Positions 12,231-24,844 of a stretch of 64,000 bases of DNA are shown here, piece after piece. Where the stretch lies: assembly GCF_006345805.1 (NCBI RefSeq), contig NC_042997.1:95728001-95792000 (forward strand), written 5' to 3'. Made by a program: the position numbers and the translations under genes. Each line of letters begins with the position of its first letter. The first letter of the stretch is position 1. Source of the stretch: Octopus sinensis (lineage: Eukaryota). The notes beneath the pieces are model-generated. The model had not been told where the DNA came from. It did no database searches and was given only the letters and a program-made list of their open reading frames with translations.

Positions 12231-14294
12231 CCGCATAAAACCTTGATAGGACTAATGATGTAAATCTGATGGCCGGAGCCTGTAAAGTATGAGTTTATTA
12301 GATTATATACTTTAGGCGCCATATGCGACGACATGACAACTGCTATTTTGTAAGAATAAAAGAGTAGCATAATATTTTATGCGGTCATTGGGTTTCATCC
12401 TACAAAGTAAATTAATAGGCATTTCATATCATTGTATGTCAAAGCCTAACGTTCTCAGTGAAAGGCGTGACATGTCGGATTATTAGGCTATTTTAAATGC
12501 CATTAGAAACTATTTATAGTATTGATTAATATATTTTGTCGTAAATCTTAATACGTTCATAAATGTAGGCAGGACGTATACATTCTCGGAGTTTACCGAC
12601 TGGAGGATATTAGATCATCGACGTTCTAGAACGTGTAATTATGATTTGATTATACAAAGCATTTCCTCGTGATTAGGGAGAATTTGTTAAAGATGTAACC
12701 GATACTACAAGCGCAGGTCATTTTACTAGGACACTGTTTATCTCCAACTTTGCGATGAATGAAGATGGTTTTGATTACAGGAGCTATAACGATGATCATC
12801 AAAACTGTTCCGTTCTGCTTGGTTAGATTATGCAACGTATCCTTTGCCTATCAAGGCAGTAGGATGCGATTTGGAACATTTATTTAATATTTATACCATG
12901 TCTAATGAGATCGTAAAAATCCCCAGCGATTTGGTTTCTGAGGTGCCGATACCAAACGCAATGAATTTTAAGTATAAAAGAATTTCAAGCTGAATTCTAA
13001 TTTGAAGAAGTGCAGTAAAAGAAAATTAATGCTAGTACTAATAGAAACTGCAGATCATGATGTAAATAATATCATTTAAGAAAAGTAAATCTTGTATAGA
13101 AATTGTTTTAATATTCCTTAAATCTTTGCTCACGCATAAGATGTTGTCAAGAATCTAAGTTTGAGAAAGAGCATTGATTAGTATGTGAGTAATACACGTT
13201 TCCTTCTATAATAATGCCTTAAGCATCTAAAACATGATATTATAGCAATGACGTGACATATTTGCAAAATTTCCGGAAAAAGTTTTCTTTGAAAAAGATT
13301 CAAACTGAATACGTTATATTCTATTTCATTGCCAGCTTTAAATTTTCATCTTCATTTGTTATATTTTAACACAAACCATCAAGATCTGTAAAACATCAAC
13401 ATGTTTATATCGATAGCATTGTATTAAGGAATCAGATACAAGGAACACTTAATAACACACTGAAATCCACCGGACTTGAACCTAAATCGTTTGAAACACT
13501 AGCCCAAGACAGTACCAAGTAGCGGTGTTTAATTACCATCGGAGCCAAAAAAGTTCGAAACCATCAGAAGAGAGAAGGAAGAAATCAAATGATAGGAAAG
13601 AAAAGCTCGACAAAATCAACCTCGTTCTCCACCAACATTACCACTCAGTCAATGACATTGACTCTTCTATAAAAAGAATGATCAAATTAATCATCAACGC
13701 CATCACCATAAAGGAAGCGTTGAGCAAAAAAGAAACTAAATTCTCAGATAAGAGTAAAGCTTCCGCCGATGACGACAAGGATATACAAAATTAAATTCAC
13801 TCTATCTTTTCCAATATATAAGTTATTTATTAAAAACTGATGCTGTAAATTATTTCAGAGAACGGAATAGACACAACAGTAATTATATTATATATAACAA
13901 GTGTAGTTGATATGTAGTTTTATGTATAATCCTAATATTTTTTTGCTAATCATACGAAGATTATATTTTAATATCAATATGGTTTATTGTACAAAACATG
14001 ACCGCAAATATTTTCAGTATATGTTAGCTCAGCTGACTTCTTGCTAAACATTTTTGTCTTCACCAGGGCAACCTCAAAACACTTACTGTACAGAACTAGT
14101 CTCTCTGTCTGCTAGTCTGACTGTCCCTATTCCTGCCTCCCTCTCTCTCTCTCTCTCTCTCGCTCTCTCTTTCATATTATATATATATGAGTGTATGTAT
14201 GATAAATACGTATACACACACATATACACACACATATATATATATATATGTATTCACACATACACACATATATAAATTTAACATACATATATAT

Positions 14295-14458
14295 GTGCGC
14301 AGGAGCGACTGTATGGTAAGAAGCTTGCTTCCCAACCACATGGTTCTGGATTCAATCACACTGCATGGCACCTTGGGCAACTGTCTTCTACTATAGCCTC
14401 GGACTCACCAAGGCCTTGAGAATGGATTTGATAGATGGAAACTGGAAGAAACTCGTCG

Positions 14459-14491
<33 letters not shown>

Positions 14492-14723
14492 ATGTGTGTG
14501 TGTGTGTATGTGTGTGTGTGTTCCTGTGTCTGTGTTTGCTCCCCTACCATCGCGTGGCAACCGGTGTTGGTGTGTTTACGTTCCCGTAACTTGACTGTTC
14601 AGCATAGAAAAACAATAGAATAAGTACTAGGCCTACAACGAATAAATCCTGGCGTTCATTTGTTCGACTTAAGCGGTGCTCCAGCATGGCCGCAGTCAAA
14701 TGACTGAAAATAGTAAAAGAGTA
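14295..14723 (+). mobile_element. tRNA-derived SINE, family A, with internal (TA)n(TG)n
   Basis: Head GCGCAGGAG..GGTTCTGGATTCAATC and tail CCAGCATGGCCGCAGTCAAATGACTGAAA. Homologous to 28929-29362 and 48747-49165. Confidence 0.9.
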
Positions 14724-14738
14724 TAAATATTTATAAAA

Positions 14739-14739
<1 letters not shown>

Positions 14740-14789
<50 letters not shown>

Positions 14790-14792
14790 TAT

Positions 14793-14875
<83 letters not shown>

Positions 14876-14896
14876 ACAGAGTATATATATATTATA

Positions 14897-14986
<90 letters not shown>
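14740..14986. repeat. Long (TA)n microsatellite
   Basis: Direct inspection. Confidence 0.95.
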
Positions 14987-15655
14987 CAGGGTGCGGCAGT
15001 AGTAATGCTCAGTGGTATTTGAGTTTTCTAGTTTCTAATTCACTTTCTTTTTTATTTCCTAAGACTACTACGGTTTTCTCTTTAGCTTATTATTCGTTTT
15101 TTAAGTAATTTAATAAATTTGTTTTCAATAAAAAATTACCTAATACACATTTATATATTACAAAAGTTATTAAATGCGAAAAGGCCGTACGATGTATATG
15201 CGTATGTGTGTATACACTAACAGTTATGTGTGTATATATATGTATATATACATGTATGTATGTATGCATGCATGTATGTATGTATGTATGTATGTTGTAT
15301 GTATGTATGTATGTATGTATGTATGTATGTATGTATGTATGCATGTATGTGTGTATGTATTTAAATTGTTTAGCTGTCGCATTTTAGCTCCTCACGAAAA
15401 AGTGAATTATATTTAAAATCGTGAGTTCCAATTTCTCTAAAATTTCTCTAATGTCGCTACGCTTCATTCCATTAAAGCCAGCCTGACAGCGACATTTACA
15501 AGTGAAAGCGTTAGTCTAATAGTAAACATGGAAGTTTCAGTTATGAATCATGCAATTGTTTGAGACAGTTCTATGCCTCCACTGTAACGTTGTAGCCGCA
15601 CTAAAAGAAGTTAGGATAAGTGCAAATGAACAGAACTATATACATATAGCACCAC

Positions 15656-16116
15656 CATTATCTTACCGGGGAGACGGTCTTCACTCAGACAGGACATATC
15701 CATAGGCACACACACACACACACAAACATATAATATAATATATATATATGTATATGTATGTATATATTATATATATATATATTATATATATATATAATAT
15801 TATATATATACACACACATATATATATATATACATACATACATATACATATATATATATATATAAACAAACTACATGCATACATTATACAGACACACACA
15901 ACACACATATATAATATATATATTATATATATATATATAAATGTATGCATATGTGTGTGTATAAACATATGTATATGCACAGATATATATATTTATACAT
16001 GTAGATATGTATACATGTTTGTACGCGCGCGTGTGTGTGAGTATGTGTACGAGGATCTTTATTAATTACTACAATTGTTTCGACCCATCTACATATATGT
16101 ATGTATGTATATATAT

Positions 16117-16184
<68 letters not shown>

Positions 16185-16300
16185 CATATACATATATATA
16201 TATATACATATACATATATATATATGTATGTGTGTGTTGTGTGTGTGTGCCTATGGATATGTCCTGTCTGAGTGAAGACCGTCTCCCCGGTAAGATAATG
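15656..16300. repeat. Inverted duplication around a compound microsatellite
   Basis: 15656-15713 is the exact reverse complement of 16243-16300. Confidence 0.9.
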
Positions 16301-17142
16301 CTTGATTGTGACTTGAAGTTAATTACAAAGTCAACAGTGTACATTAATCTTGTATTTCTTTTTCTTTCTTTTTTTACATAGTTACTTTCTGTCTGTCAAA
16401 ATATCGATTTTACGGAGTTACATCAAGTACGACTTACTATTCTATGAATCTTTGTTAGCTTTCATATTGAACAACTTCCTTTTCCTTCGGTCTTACAGGA
16501 TACTGGTCATTTAGTTGTTGATCTTTATTTTCTAACTTCTGATTTGATCATTTGTCTTATATCCATTTATATATAATTATTTTTAATCTCTTTTTCCTTT
16601 TTTTTCTTATCTACAGTCTTTATTTATCACGCATAATTAGCTTTTAGATTTTAGGTTTTTTTACTATTTTATGTATATAGAGATACATTTTTATGATAAC
16701 TTTACGTCAAGTTTTTTTACTATGCTAATCAATCTATAATTGTTTCATTCTAAGTATATTTCTCAAATAAAAATCATTTAATTAGTATCACTTATCTAAA
16801 TGACAATTCTCATATGCAAGGATGAAGTGAATATTCTAGTTATATATCAAAATTCATGGTCTCATGTGTAAATAGTAAGAAGTTCTGTGTTTTTCTCATT
16901 GACTGAGATTAGAAATCTGCTTTTCTTTTTTTTTCGGTAGTCTTATTTTTGTTGCGCTCTCTCACTACTTCTTTCAGTGTGTCACTTATTACCTGCGTGC
17001 TTACATTTATCTATATTTTGTTTCTATTTTCTATTTCTATTGCTCCGAATTACAATGTATCCAACACTTGTAGGTAGTAGTAGTGTCTGTATGACGAATA
17101 CACGCACAAACACAAGCACACCATACGTAAACAGCACACACT

Positions 17143-17175
<33 letters not shown>

Positions 17176-17328
17176 GGTGGTGGCATGTAGCCTGATAGTG
17201 TGTTGGACTCATGATTGTAAGATTGTGGTTTCGATTCCTGGACCGGGCGACACGTTAGTTCTTGAGCCAAAAACTTCATTTTGCGTTGCTCCAGTCCAAT
17301 CAAAAGGGAAAAATGAATAATCCTGCGA
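17176..17328 (+). mobile_element. tRNA-derived SINE fragment, family C
   Basis: Box-B-like GGTTTCGATTCC and a TTGAGC..TTGCTCCAGTCCA body shared with 61993-62336. Confidence 0.75.
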
Positions 17329-17399
17329 CAATTTGACAAACTACAGTCTTGCATTTTTAGGAATTTCTTACAACAGCATAATGACAGAATAATTTTAAG

Positions 17400-17595
17400 G
17401 CAAGCAACGGACGAATTACTTCACCCCCATACTTGATTTTACATTATAGTTTAGCAGCACGAGATACGTATAAGTCTAATTTTACACTGGTGTGTAGAGT
17501 GCAGGATTTGAACTTAAAGCGTAAAAGTTCATAATTAAATAAACACCGCAAAGAAGTTTATCCAACGCTTTAACGTTTTTGCGAATCTATCGACC
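17400..17595 (-). mobile_element. Degenerate SINE, family B
   Basis: GGATTTGAACTTAAAGCGTAAA..ACCGCAAAGAAGTT resembles the reverse complement of the family B head. Confidence 0.45.
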
Positions 17596-18360
17596 TAAGC
17601 TTTCTATTTGAAATACTTATGAAATATAGGCAATTATTTATATAAATATGAACAGCGAATTTTATCATGTATATCTTTATCATGTTATAGACCATGAAGA
17701 AAATTTATATGAAATTAATTAAACATCTAAGTATTGAGTAACACATTTAGTAAATTGTTCTCGACAAATGATTTATCATTGTTTAATATATTCCTTTAAT
17801 ATTCTCGTGCAAAGTTATGACAAAATTCATTTCAACTGTGTAGCATTTTCTACTTAATGTAGATGGACCAGAGTCATTAGCAGTTCTGCTAATTAAGTGA
17901 CCTCATACTTCAGCTAAACACAATCAGAGACATACAGAATGCATCATCATCAACAATTATCTTTGATGTGAATGTCAGTAAACCGACCACTTTATAACAC
18001 AGCGGTAGCATTATATTTACAACAGTTCTTGGGGGACGGACAAACAGCAAAGAAAGAAATAGACGAAGAGACAGAAGGACATGTGGAGAAACAATTTATT
18101 AATATATTTCAATTATATTAATGGATTTTGTCTCTTTTCGAACCCCAGATTCTCGTAATCTCTGCTTCCGGATTTTATATGCGGACAATTTCATAATTTC
18201 ATTTACAAGTACATTATCATCTGTTAAGACCGACATTTCGATTAAGAACAAATTGCTTTCCTGTATGTTCTTGACAAAAATATCAGGCCGATTAAAAGTA
18301 AAGTCTCAGTCTAAACGGTTTAGTAGATATCATGATCTGATTCTCTCATACAATTCCTTG

Positions 18361-18589
18361 TACCGATTTGGCAGAACCGTTAGCACGCCGGGCGAAATGC
18401 TTTGCGGTATTTCTTCCGTCGCTGAGTTCTGATTTCAAATTCCGCCAAGGTCGACTTTGCCTTTCATCCTTTCGGGGTTGATAAATTAAGTACCAGTTAC
18501 GCACTGGGGTCGATGTAATCGACTTAATTCGTCTGTCTGTCCTTGTTTGTCCCCTCTGTGGTTAGCCCCTTGTGGGTAGTAAAGAAATA
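18361..18589 (+). mobile_element. SINE, family B
   Basis: GTTAGCACGCCGGGCGAAATGC...GAGTTCTGATTTCAAATTCCGCC...GTGGGTAGTAAAGAAATA, near-identical to 27135-27352. Confidence 0.9.
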
Positions 18590-19204
18590 TATTTTTTGTT
18601 CCATTTGATATATCACAATACTAGAGTTGTTGGCAGATTACAAATGTTATGATTCGAGATGGATTCTTTACTAGTTAAAACTAGACAAAGAAGAATAATG
18701 GGGCTAATACTTTCATGCCAATATTCAAATAGTCACTTAATGTAGTTCCTTTCAAAACATACCTCTGTTAGTTTCTATATGGAAAGGTTTGATAGAGTAC
18801 TTCGATCAGAATATTGCAGTCTTAACATTGTCACATGCATTTCGGAGTGTTGTTGTTTATTCGTTACCTCTTTCCAAAATGTTTAGATTTGTTCATATTT
18901 TCAATTATTAGTCACAGCGGAGGTACAATCCCCATTTCTGAAAATATTTAATTTTGCATGTATTTTTGATAACATTTGTCAATCTATTTCTTTACATATT
19001 CTGTGACCTCATAAATGGCTATTTATTTTTGCCTCTGTCGCCTATTTTCTTTTGTTTTTCTGTGGTATGTAATTTGGTTTAATTTTGGATTTGCTTCTGC
19101 GCCTCTGTGTGTGTCTATCTATTTCGCAGGTGTATGTGTGTCATATGTGCGTGCGTGTGGGTGTGTATATTCAAATGCTTGTATATGTTTACATATGTGT
19201 GCGT

Positions 19205-19257
<53 letters not shown>

Positions 19258-19394
19258 GAGGGCATTATACATACATGCCAGGAGGCATTCTACATACACG
19301 CCATACGCTAAGAGGGACAATCAGTCAATTCTACCAAAAATATTACTAATCCCACCGAATGCAATTTTTCAAAGAAAGACATTTAAAAATATAT

Positions 19395-19442
19395 AGACCT
19401 GTATCACAGTGATTTCATACTTACGTAATCATCAGCAGGCCT
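19395..19442 (-). ncRNA. Hammerhead ribozyme (inverted copy)
   Basis: Exact reverse complement of 19712-19759. Confidence 0.8.
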
Positions 19443-19711
19443 GAATATACTATAAATAAACAACCTCTCTTATGAGGTTTTTACGCTATCTACCTGACAA
19501 TTTCTTGTTAAGTTTTCCTTATTAAGTAGTTGTCCTTAATTGCTAAATTTTTATTCCGAAAAAACTTTTCCTCTCCCGAAATGCAATTCGTAAAAGTTTG
19601 CCATTCATCCGGATATAGTATATATAAATTCACCCATGTGCTTCGTTGATGTTGATCAGTTAGCTGATCGGCTTAAGCGAAGCAGGGTCGTTGTTTATTT
19701 ATAGTATATTC

Positions 19712-19759
19712 AGGCCTGCTGATGATTACGTAAGTATGAAATCACTGTGATACAGGTCT
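19712..19759 (+). ncRNA. Hammerhead ribozyme
   Basis: AGGCCTG-CTGATGA-TTAC-GTAA-GTAT-GAAA-TCACTGTGA-TA-CAGGTCT. 7-bp stem I, GNRA-capped stem II, near-palindromic stem III, AUA triplet with cleavage predicted after 19752. Confidence 0.85.
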
Positions 19760-20189
19760 ATATATTTTTAAATGTCTTTCTTTGAAAAATGCATTCGGTG
19801 GGATTAGTAATATTTTTGGTAGAATTGACTGATTGTCCCTCTTAGCGTATGGCGTGTATGTAGAATGCCTCCTGGCATGTATGTATAATGCCCTCTATAT
19901 ATAAATAATATGTTCAATAAGAAATAATTATTTTCGAAATTTTTCTCTTATGAGGTTTTTACGCTATCTACCTGACAATTTCTTGTTAAGTTTTCCTTAT
20001 TAAGTAGTTGTCCTTAATTGCTAAATTTTTATTCCGAAAAAACTTTTCCTCTCCCGAAATGCAATTCGTAAAAGTTTGCCATTCATCCGGATATAGTATA
20101 TATAAATTCACCCATGTGCTTCGTTGATGTTGATCAGTTAGCTGATCGGCTTAAGCGAAGCAGGGTCGTTGTTTATTTATAGTATATTC

Positions 20190-20237
20190 AGGCCTGCTGA
20201 TGATTACGTAAGTATGAAATCACTGTGATACAGGTCT
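20190..20237 (+). ncRNA. Hammerhead ribozyme (second tandem copy)
   Basis: Identical to 19712-19759; cleavage predicted after 20230. Confidence 0.85.
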
Positions 20238-20639
20238 ATATATTTTTAAATGTCTTTCTTTGAAAAATTGCATTCGGTGGGATTAGTAATATTTTTGGTA
20301 GAATTGACTGATTGTCCCTCTTAGCGTATGGCGTGTATGTAGAATGCCTCCTGGCATGTATGTATAATGCCCTCTATATATAAATTAATATGTTCAATAA
20401 GAAATAATTATTTTCGAAATTTTTCTCTTATGAGGTTTTTACGCTATCTACCTGACATTTCTTGTTAGTTTTCCTTATTAAGTAGTTGTCCTTAATTGCT
20501 ATATATATATATATATATATATATATCAATATATATATACAATTATTTAGATAGTTGTACACGAAGATGCACTAATTAATCACTATACAAAATGTCAATG
20601 TTAACATGAAATAAGCTGCAGCGAGATTTCCTGATTACG

Positions 20640-20687
20640 CGTGTTCTCGTTCTTGTTGTTGTTGTTGTTCTTCTTCTTCTTCTTCTT

Positions 20688-20750
<63 letters not shown>
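20640..20750. repeat. Compound (GTT)(CTT)(ATT) microsatellite
   Basis: Direct inspection. Confidence 0.95.
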
Positions 20751-20751
<1 letters not shown>

Positions 20752-21546
20752 GTTTGAATTTTGCTTTGTATTTGTAAAAGTCGTCTCCAAATCTCACCCA
20801 GAAACCTCAAGAGCCAACAAGTTAGAAGTTCATGTTGGTGTTATGCCTAGAGTGTCATATATTCGGTTTTGCTCATAGTATTAGAAAATGTTTAAGAAAA
20901 CAAGAAAATTATGAGTTTGTTCTAAATTTGAGATTACATAGACAGTATTTTACGTAGGATATGGGCAGTCCCCATGCGCACTATCTTTTGAATTTCCGCC
21001 ATTTTGGGGTTTCCTGGTATCTGAGCTAGGTAGCGATGAGTCGCATTTGCTATCATTCCTAGGGCAGCTATGATAAAGGTATTGTTTTAGTGTTGAGGTT
21101 CCACATTTTGCCAATTTCTATTTCAAGATCTTTATACTTGCTGAGTTTTTGGTAGGTCTTGACACATATATTTATGTCAAATGGGACAGTCATATCAATG
21201 AGGAGGTATGATTTTAGTCTGGAGTCTTTCAATATAATGTCTGGCCTATTCGCATCTATCTTTCTGTCAGTATGAATGGTGAAGTTCCAGAGAAATGCGA
21301 TGTGATCATTTTGAAGCAGAAAGGTGGTTTGTGCTCCCACCAGTTTTTAACATGGGATAGGTCCAAGTTTCCGCAAATTACCCAGTGAATATATTCTGCT
21401 GATCTATGATGCCTGTTGAGATAATCTGTAGGCTCAAGAAGGATACACATGGAGACAACATGATCAATGGTTCCAATTATTCGTTGACATACACGACATG
21501 TTGCGCTACTGCTGTTCTTTAATACGTAGGCTGCATAAGAAGACCA

Positions 21547-21548
<2 letters not shown>
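20751..21548 (-). mobile_element. 5'-truncated Dong/R4-like non-LTR retrotransposon (zinc knuckle, restriction-like endonuclease, 3' UTR)
   Basis: CRVC..IIGTIDHVVSMC knuckle; ANRPDIILKD..LLIDMTVPFD..KYKDLEIEIGKMW; ends GTAHILRKILSM* (stop 20934-20936). Frameshifted. (TAA)n at both ends. Confidence 0.88.
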
Positions 21549-21621
<73 letters not shown>

Positions 21622-21748
21622 CATGGTCATTATCATCATCGTCGTTGTTGTTGTTATTATTATTGCTATTATTATTATCATTGTTATTATTATTATTATT
21701 TTTATTTTTATTATTATTATTATTATTATTATATTATTATTATTATTA

Positions 21749-21781
<33 letters not shown>

Positions 21782-21800
21782 CATCATTATTATTATTAGT
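21549..21800. repeat. (ATT)n/(ATC)n compound microsatellite
   Basis: Direct inspection. Confidence 0.95.
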
Positions 21801-22982
21801 AATGTCGTTGTGGTTCTTTTTCCTTTGTAATTTTCTCTCATCCACCGCTAGTTTAGCACCCAAAGGAAATTCTTTCGATTACAGTTGCCGACTGGCGTAG
21901 TTTAGCATGAAGTATTGCATGCCAGATCCGGTGTATTACGAAATAAAAACGTTTCCAGTTATGAAATGCGGCACCAAACATATCTTAGTTTTTATATCAC
22001 AAAGTCTCTGCCTGTGTGTATGATTATTTTCCATTTGTTTTCACTTTGTGTTTTTCATTGCAACTCTTTGGTATATTTTAAAGCAATTGTGATTTTCTAC
22101 ATTTTTAAAAGCTTATTTATTTTCTCACTTATTTCCCCCCAGCTGAATGCAAATACGATGAGCGAAATCGAATTCCAAGAATAATACACATCTTGAGAAA
22201 CAATAATAACGACTATGCCAAAAGAGTGTAAAACAAATCTTCAGTTACTCAGTCTAGACATGTCAAATCACAACACAATTATAATTGATTTCTTCTAACA
22301 TTCTGCTATTATTGTAGCATTAATCTTACTGCTAATGTTTTATTTTATTGTTGCTACTTGACAAATAGTTTTATATTACTTTCAGCATATTTCTGCTTTA
22401 CAGTGGTTTGTCAATGTTGATGAAGCCAATATTTTCGTTTGATGATCTTGCTGTTATTGTTTATATTATTGTTGCTGTTGTACTTGTTTTTCTTGTTAAG
22501 TAGATTTCTATTTCCTCAGAACAAAAATAGCAATGGTGTGTTGTTTGCTAACAAAACATTGGTATTACGTCGCTAGATATGATTATATCATCTTTTTTAT
22601 TTCTGCTCGTGTTGTTTAGCATCAGGTCAAACTCTGACCCAAAATAGTCTAGGTGACCAACACGTCTTGTTCACGTTCGATGGACTACATAACTTAATGT
22701 TATCTTATCTTACTTACAACAGTAGAGCGTGATTTGATAGAAATTTCCAGGCTATTTCTTGTAGATTTGCGGAAGACTTAGTGTCTACTTCATTGATTCT
22801 TTTCATCAATTTTCTAGAGGTTATTGAATAAGTAATCTGATATTATCAAATGGTTCTTTTAGTAAAATAAATATACTGGACAGAACAGGCGCCATAGTGT
22901 TGGCCATATATTTGCTTGTTGCAAAGTTTTCATATTGTATATTTCATTGTTACTGTTAACTGGTAGGAAACATACTAATATT

Positions 22983-23169
22983 ACAGTTCTATATTTAAGA
23001 GATGAGGAATTATGTACGTTATTTATATTATTTACATTTGACGGATATTTGTCCTCATCTTCTTTGTCGTTAACACAACGTTTCGGCTGATATACCCTGC
23101 AACTTTCATCAGGTGTCGTGGAGAAATTTCGAACCTCGTTTCTCATTCCTAAGTTATTTTTCGATTTTG

Positions 23170-23207
<38 letters not shown>

Positions 23208-23302
23208 TATTATTATTATTATTATTATGATTATTATTATTATTATTATGATTATTATTATTATTATTATTATTAATATTATTATTATTATTATTATTAT
23301 TA

Positions 23303-23342
<40 letters not shown>

Positions 23343-23530
23343 TTATTATTATTATTATTATTTTATTATTATTATTATTATTATTATTCAGCTCACTGCC
23401 TGGAATCAAACTCGGAATCTTGGAGTTAGTAGCATGCGCTCTTAATCACTACGCCATATGCCCGTGTTAACAACAAACAAGATGAGGACAAATATCCGTC
23501 AAATTTAAATAATGTATACTAATATTAATA
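22983..23530 (-). mobile_element. tRNA-headed SINE-like element with (AAT)n middle and HHR-bearing pLTR-like tail, plus an inverted tail copy
   Basis: Head 23463-23389 with box A TGGCGTAGTGA and box B GTTTGATTCC; (AAT)n 23388-23172; HHR 23116-23073. 23464-23515 is about the reverse complement of 23025-23076. Confidence 0.7.
23073..23116 (-). ncRNA. Hammerhead ribozyme, weakened stem II
   Basis: ACAC-CTGATGA-A-AGTTG-CAGGGTATAT-CAGCC-GAAA-CG-TT-GTGT; ACGT palindrome. Confidence 0.7.
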
Positions 23531-24694
23531 CCTTTCGATTTTTATCGTAAATTTGGTTATACTGTATACATACATATGAGTGTGTGCGCGTGTGAGTGTG
23601 TGTGTGTATGCACGTGCGTGCATATTTATGTGTATATATTTTACATGTATGTGTGTTTGAATATTTGGGACACGCACAATCAAGTATGTCAAAATCAACA
23701 AGGCTTGCCTTCTTCAGCACATCAGTAAGGGGCATTCTTCCCGGTGAAGTCGAAACCTTGATAATGACGTGAGAGATTGATTATTACTTTAGTATATTCA
23801 CAAAACTTCTGATGAAATCTAAAAAGCGTCACAATATTTGAACACAAAGGATGGACAAGATAATAATCTACCCTCTACAACGTACAATAGGTTTTCTCGC
23901 CAAGCATACCGAAGAACAGGCTATATTCAGTACTCGTCTATATATGATATACTAGCTTAAGGTCATCCGCTCTACGCGCAGGTAAGGGTGTGGTTGTTAA
24001 TTTATCTTGCCTTCTTTCTGTTTCTTGACGCTACATTTTCCCCTCCTTGTTTCTCTCTCCTTTCTCCCTCACTTTTCCACTCTCTTACTATTCCTTTCTC
24101 TCAGATTCTCCCTCGCTTTCTCTTACTCTCTATCTATCCATGTACCATTTATAAAAATTAGATATCCGCACTTAAATTACAAATCCGCTTCCACAGTGTC
24201 CCCAAAATTTAATAAAATCCCCGTTTTCACACCAAAGCAACTACGTCTCTCAATCAATTCCTCAAGCTAGAGTTACCCGCTCCTGTAAATTTTAATCTCC
24301 TTCCAGCCCCATTTAGACCCCTTTTTACATAAAAATCCAAGTTGTATCAACAGAGAGATATACCCGGCCCTGCTCGGGTTTAAAATAATTTATAATTGTT
24401 TTACTTGTTTCGGTATTATAACTCGATTTCATTCGGGTCTACGCGGACAACATTTTAAGAGATGAGGTATTTTGCCCTAGAGGCCATGCCTTTCAATTAA
24501 GCAAACTCAAAGTTGCTCTGCAAACTCGCTAGGTGTACTTATTTTCAGCTCAATCCAACTACATATGCACACCTTACACATATATATATATATTATATAT
24601 ATATATATATACGCATTAAATATGTATATATAGACGCATTATATATACATGCCTACACACACACACACGCATGTATATATATAGTTAATCCAAA

Positions 24695-24751
24695 TAAGAA
24701 AGCACAAAAAAACACAACAACGCGAGGACGTGGAACAAATATAGTATTATT

Positions 24752-24756
<5 letters not shown>
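24695..24756 (-). mobile_element. pLTR terminus fragment, family C
   Basis: AATCCAAATAA..CAACAACGCGAGGACGT..TATTGGAC is shared with 49744-49815. Confidence 0.6.
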
Positions 24757-24808
<52 letters not shown>

Positions 24809-24809
24809 T

Positions 24810-24844
<35 letters not shown>

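Larger units (their letters stand above)
19246..20501 (+). mobile_element. Non-coding HHR tandem array (478-bp unit, about 2.2 copies) with an upstream inverted copy
   Basis: The unit starts at 19466, 19944 and 20424. 19246-19464 is the reverse complement of 19690-19907. (TA)n lies on both flanks. Confidence 0.85.

Noticed and set aside
13525-13794. 89-aa Lys-rich ORF
   Set aside because: No recognisable motif or convincing splice sites; compatible with chance in A-rich sequence.
14680-14715. SINE family A tail hairpin AGTC-AAAT-GACT followed by GAAA, as an HHR
   Set aside because: No core or stem I; more likely a LINE-derived 3' stem-loop.
16262-16300. CTGAGTGA motif as an HHR core
   Set aside because: No GAAA or stem III follows.
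19466-20501. Repeat arrays as CRISPR or satellite DNA
   Set aside because: No short repeat-unique spacer pattern and no cas genes. The units are long, few and carry HHRs.
23389-23463. tRNA-like heads (also 17176, 57136, 61993) as true tRNA genes
   Set aside because: No complete cloverleaf or acceptor stem, and they continue into SINE bodies.
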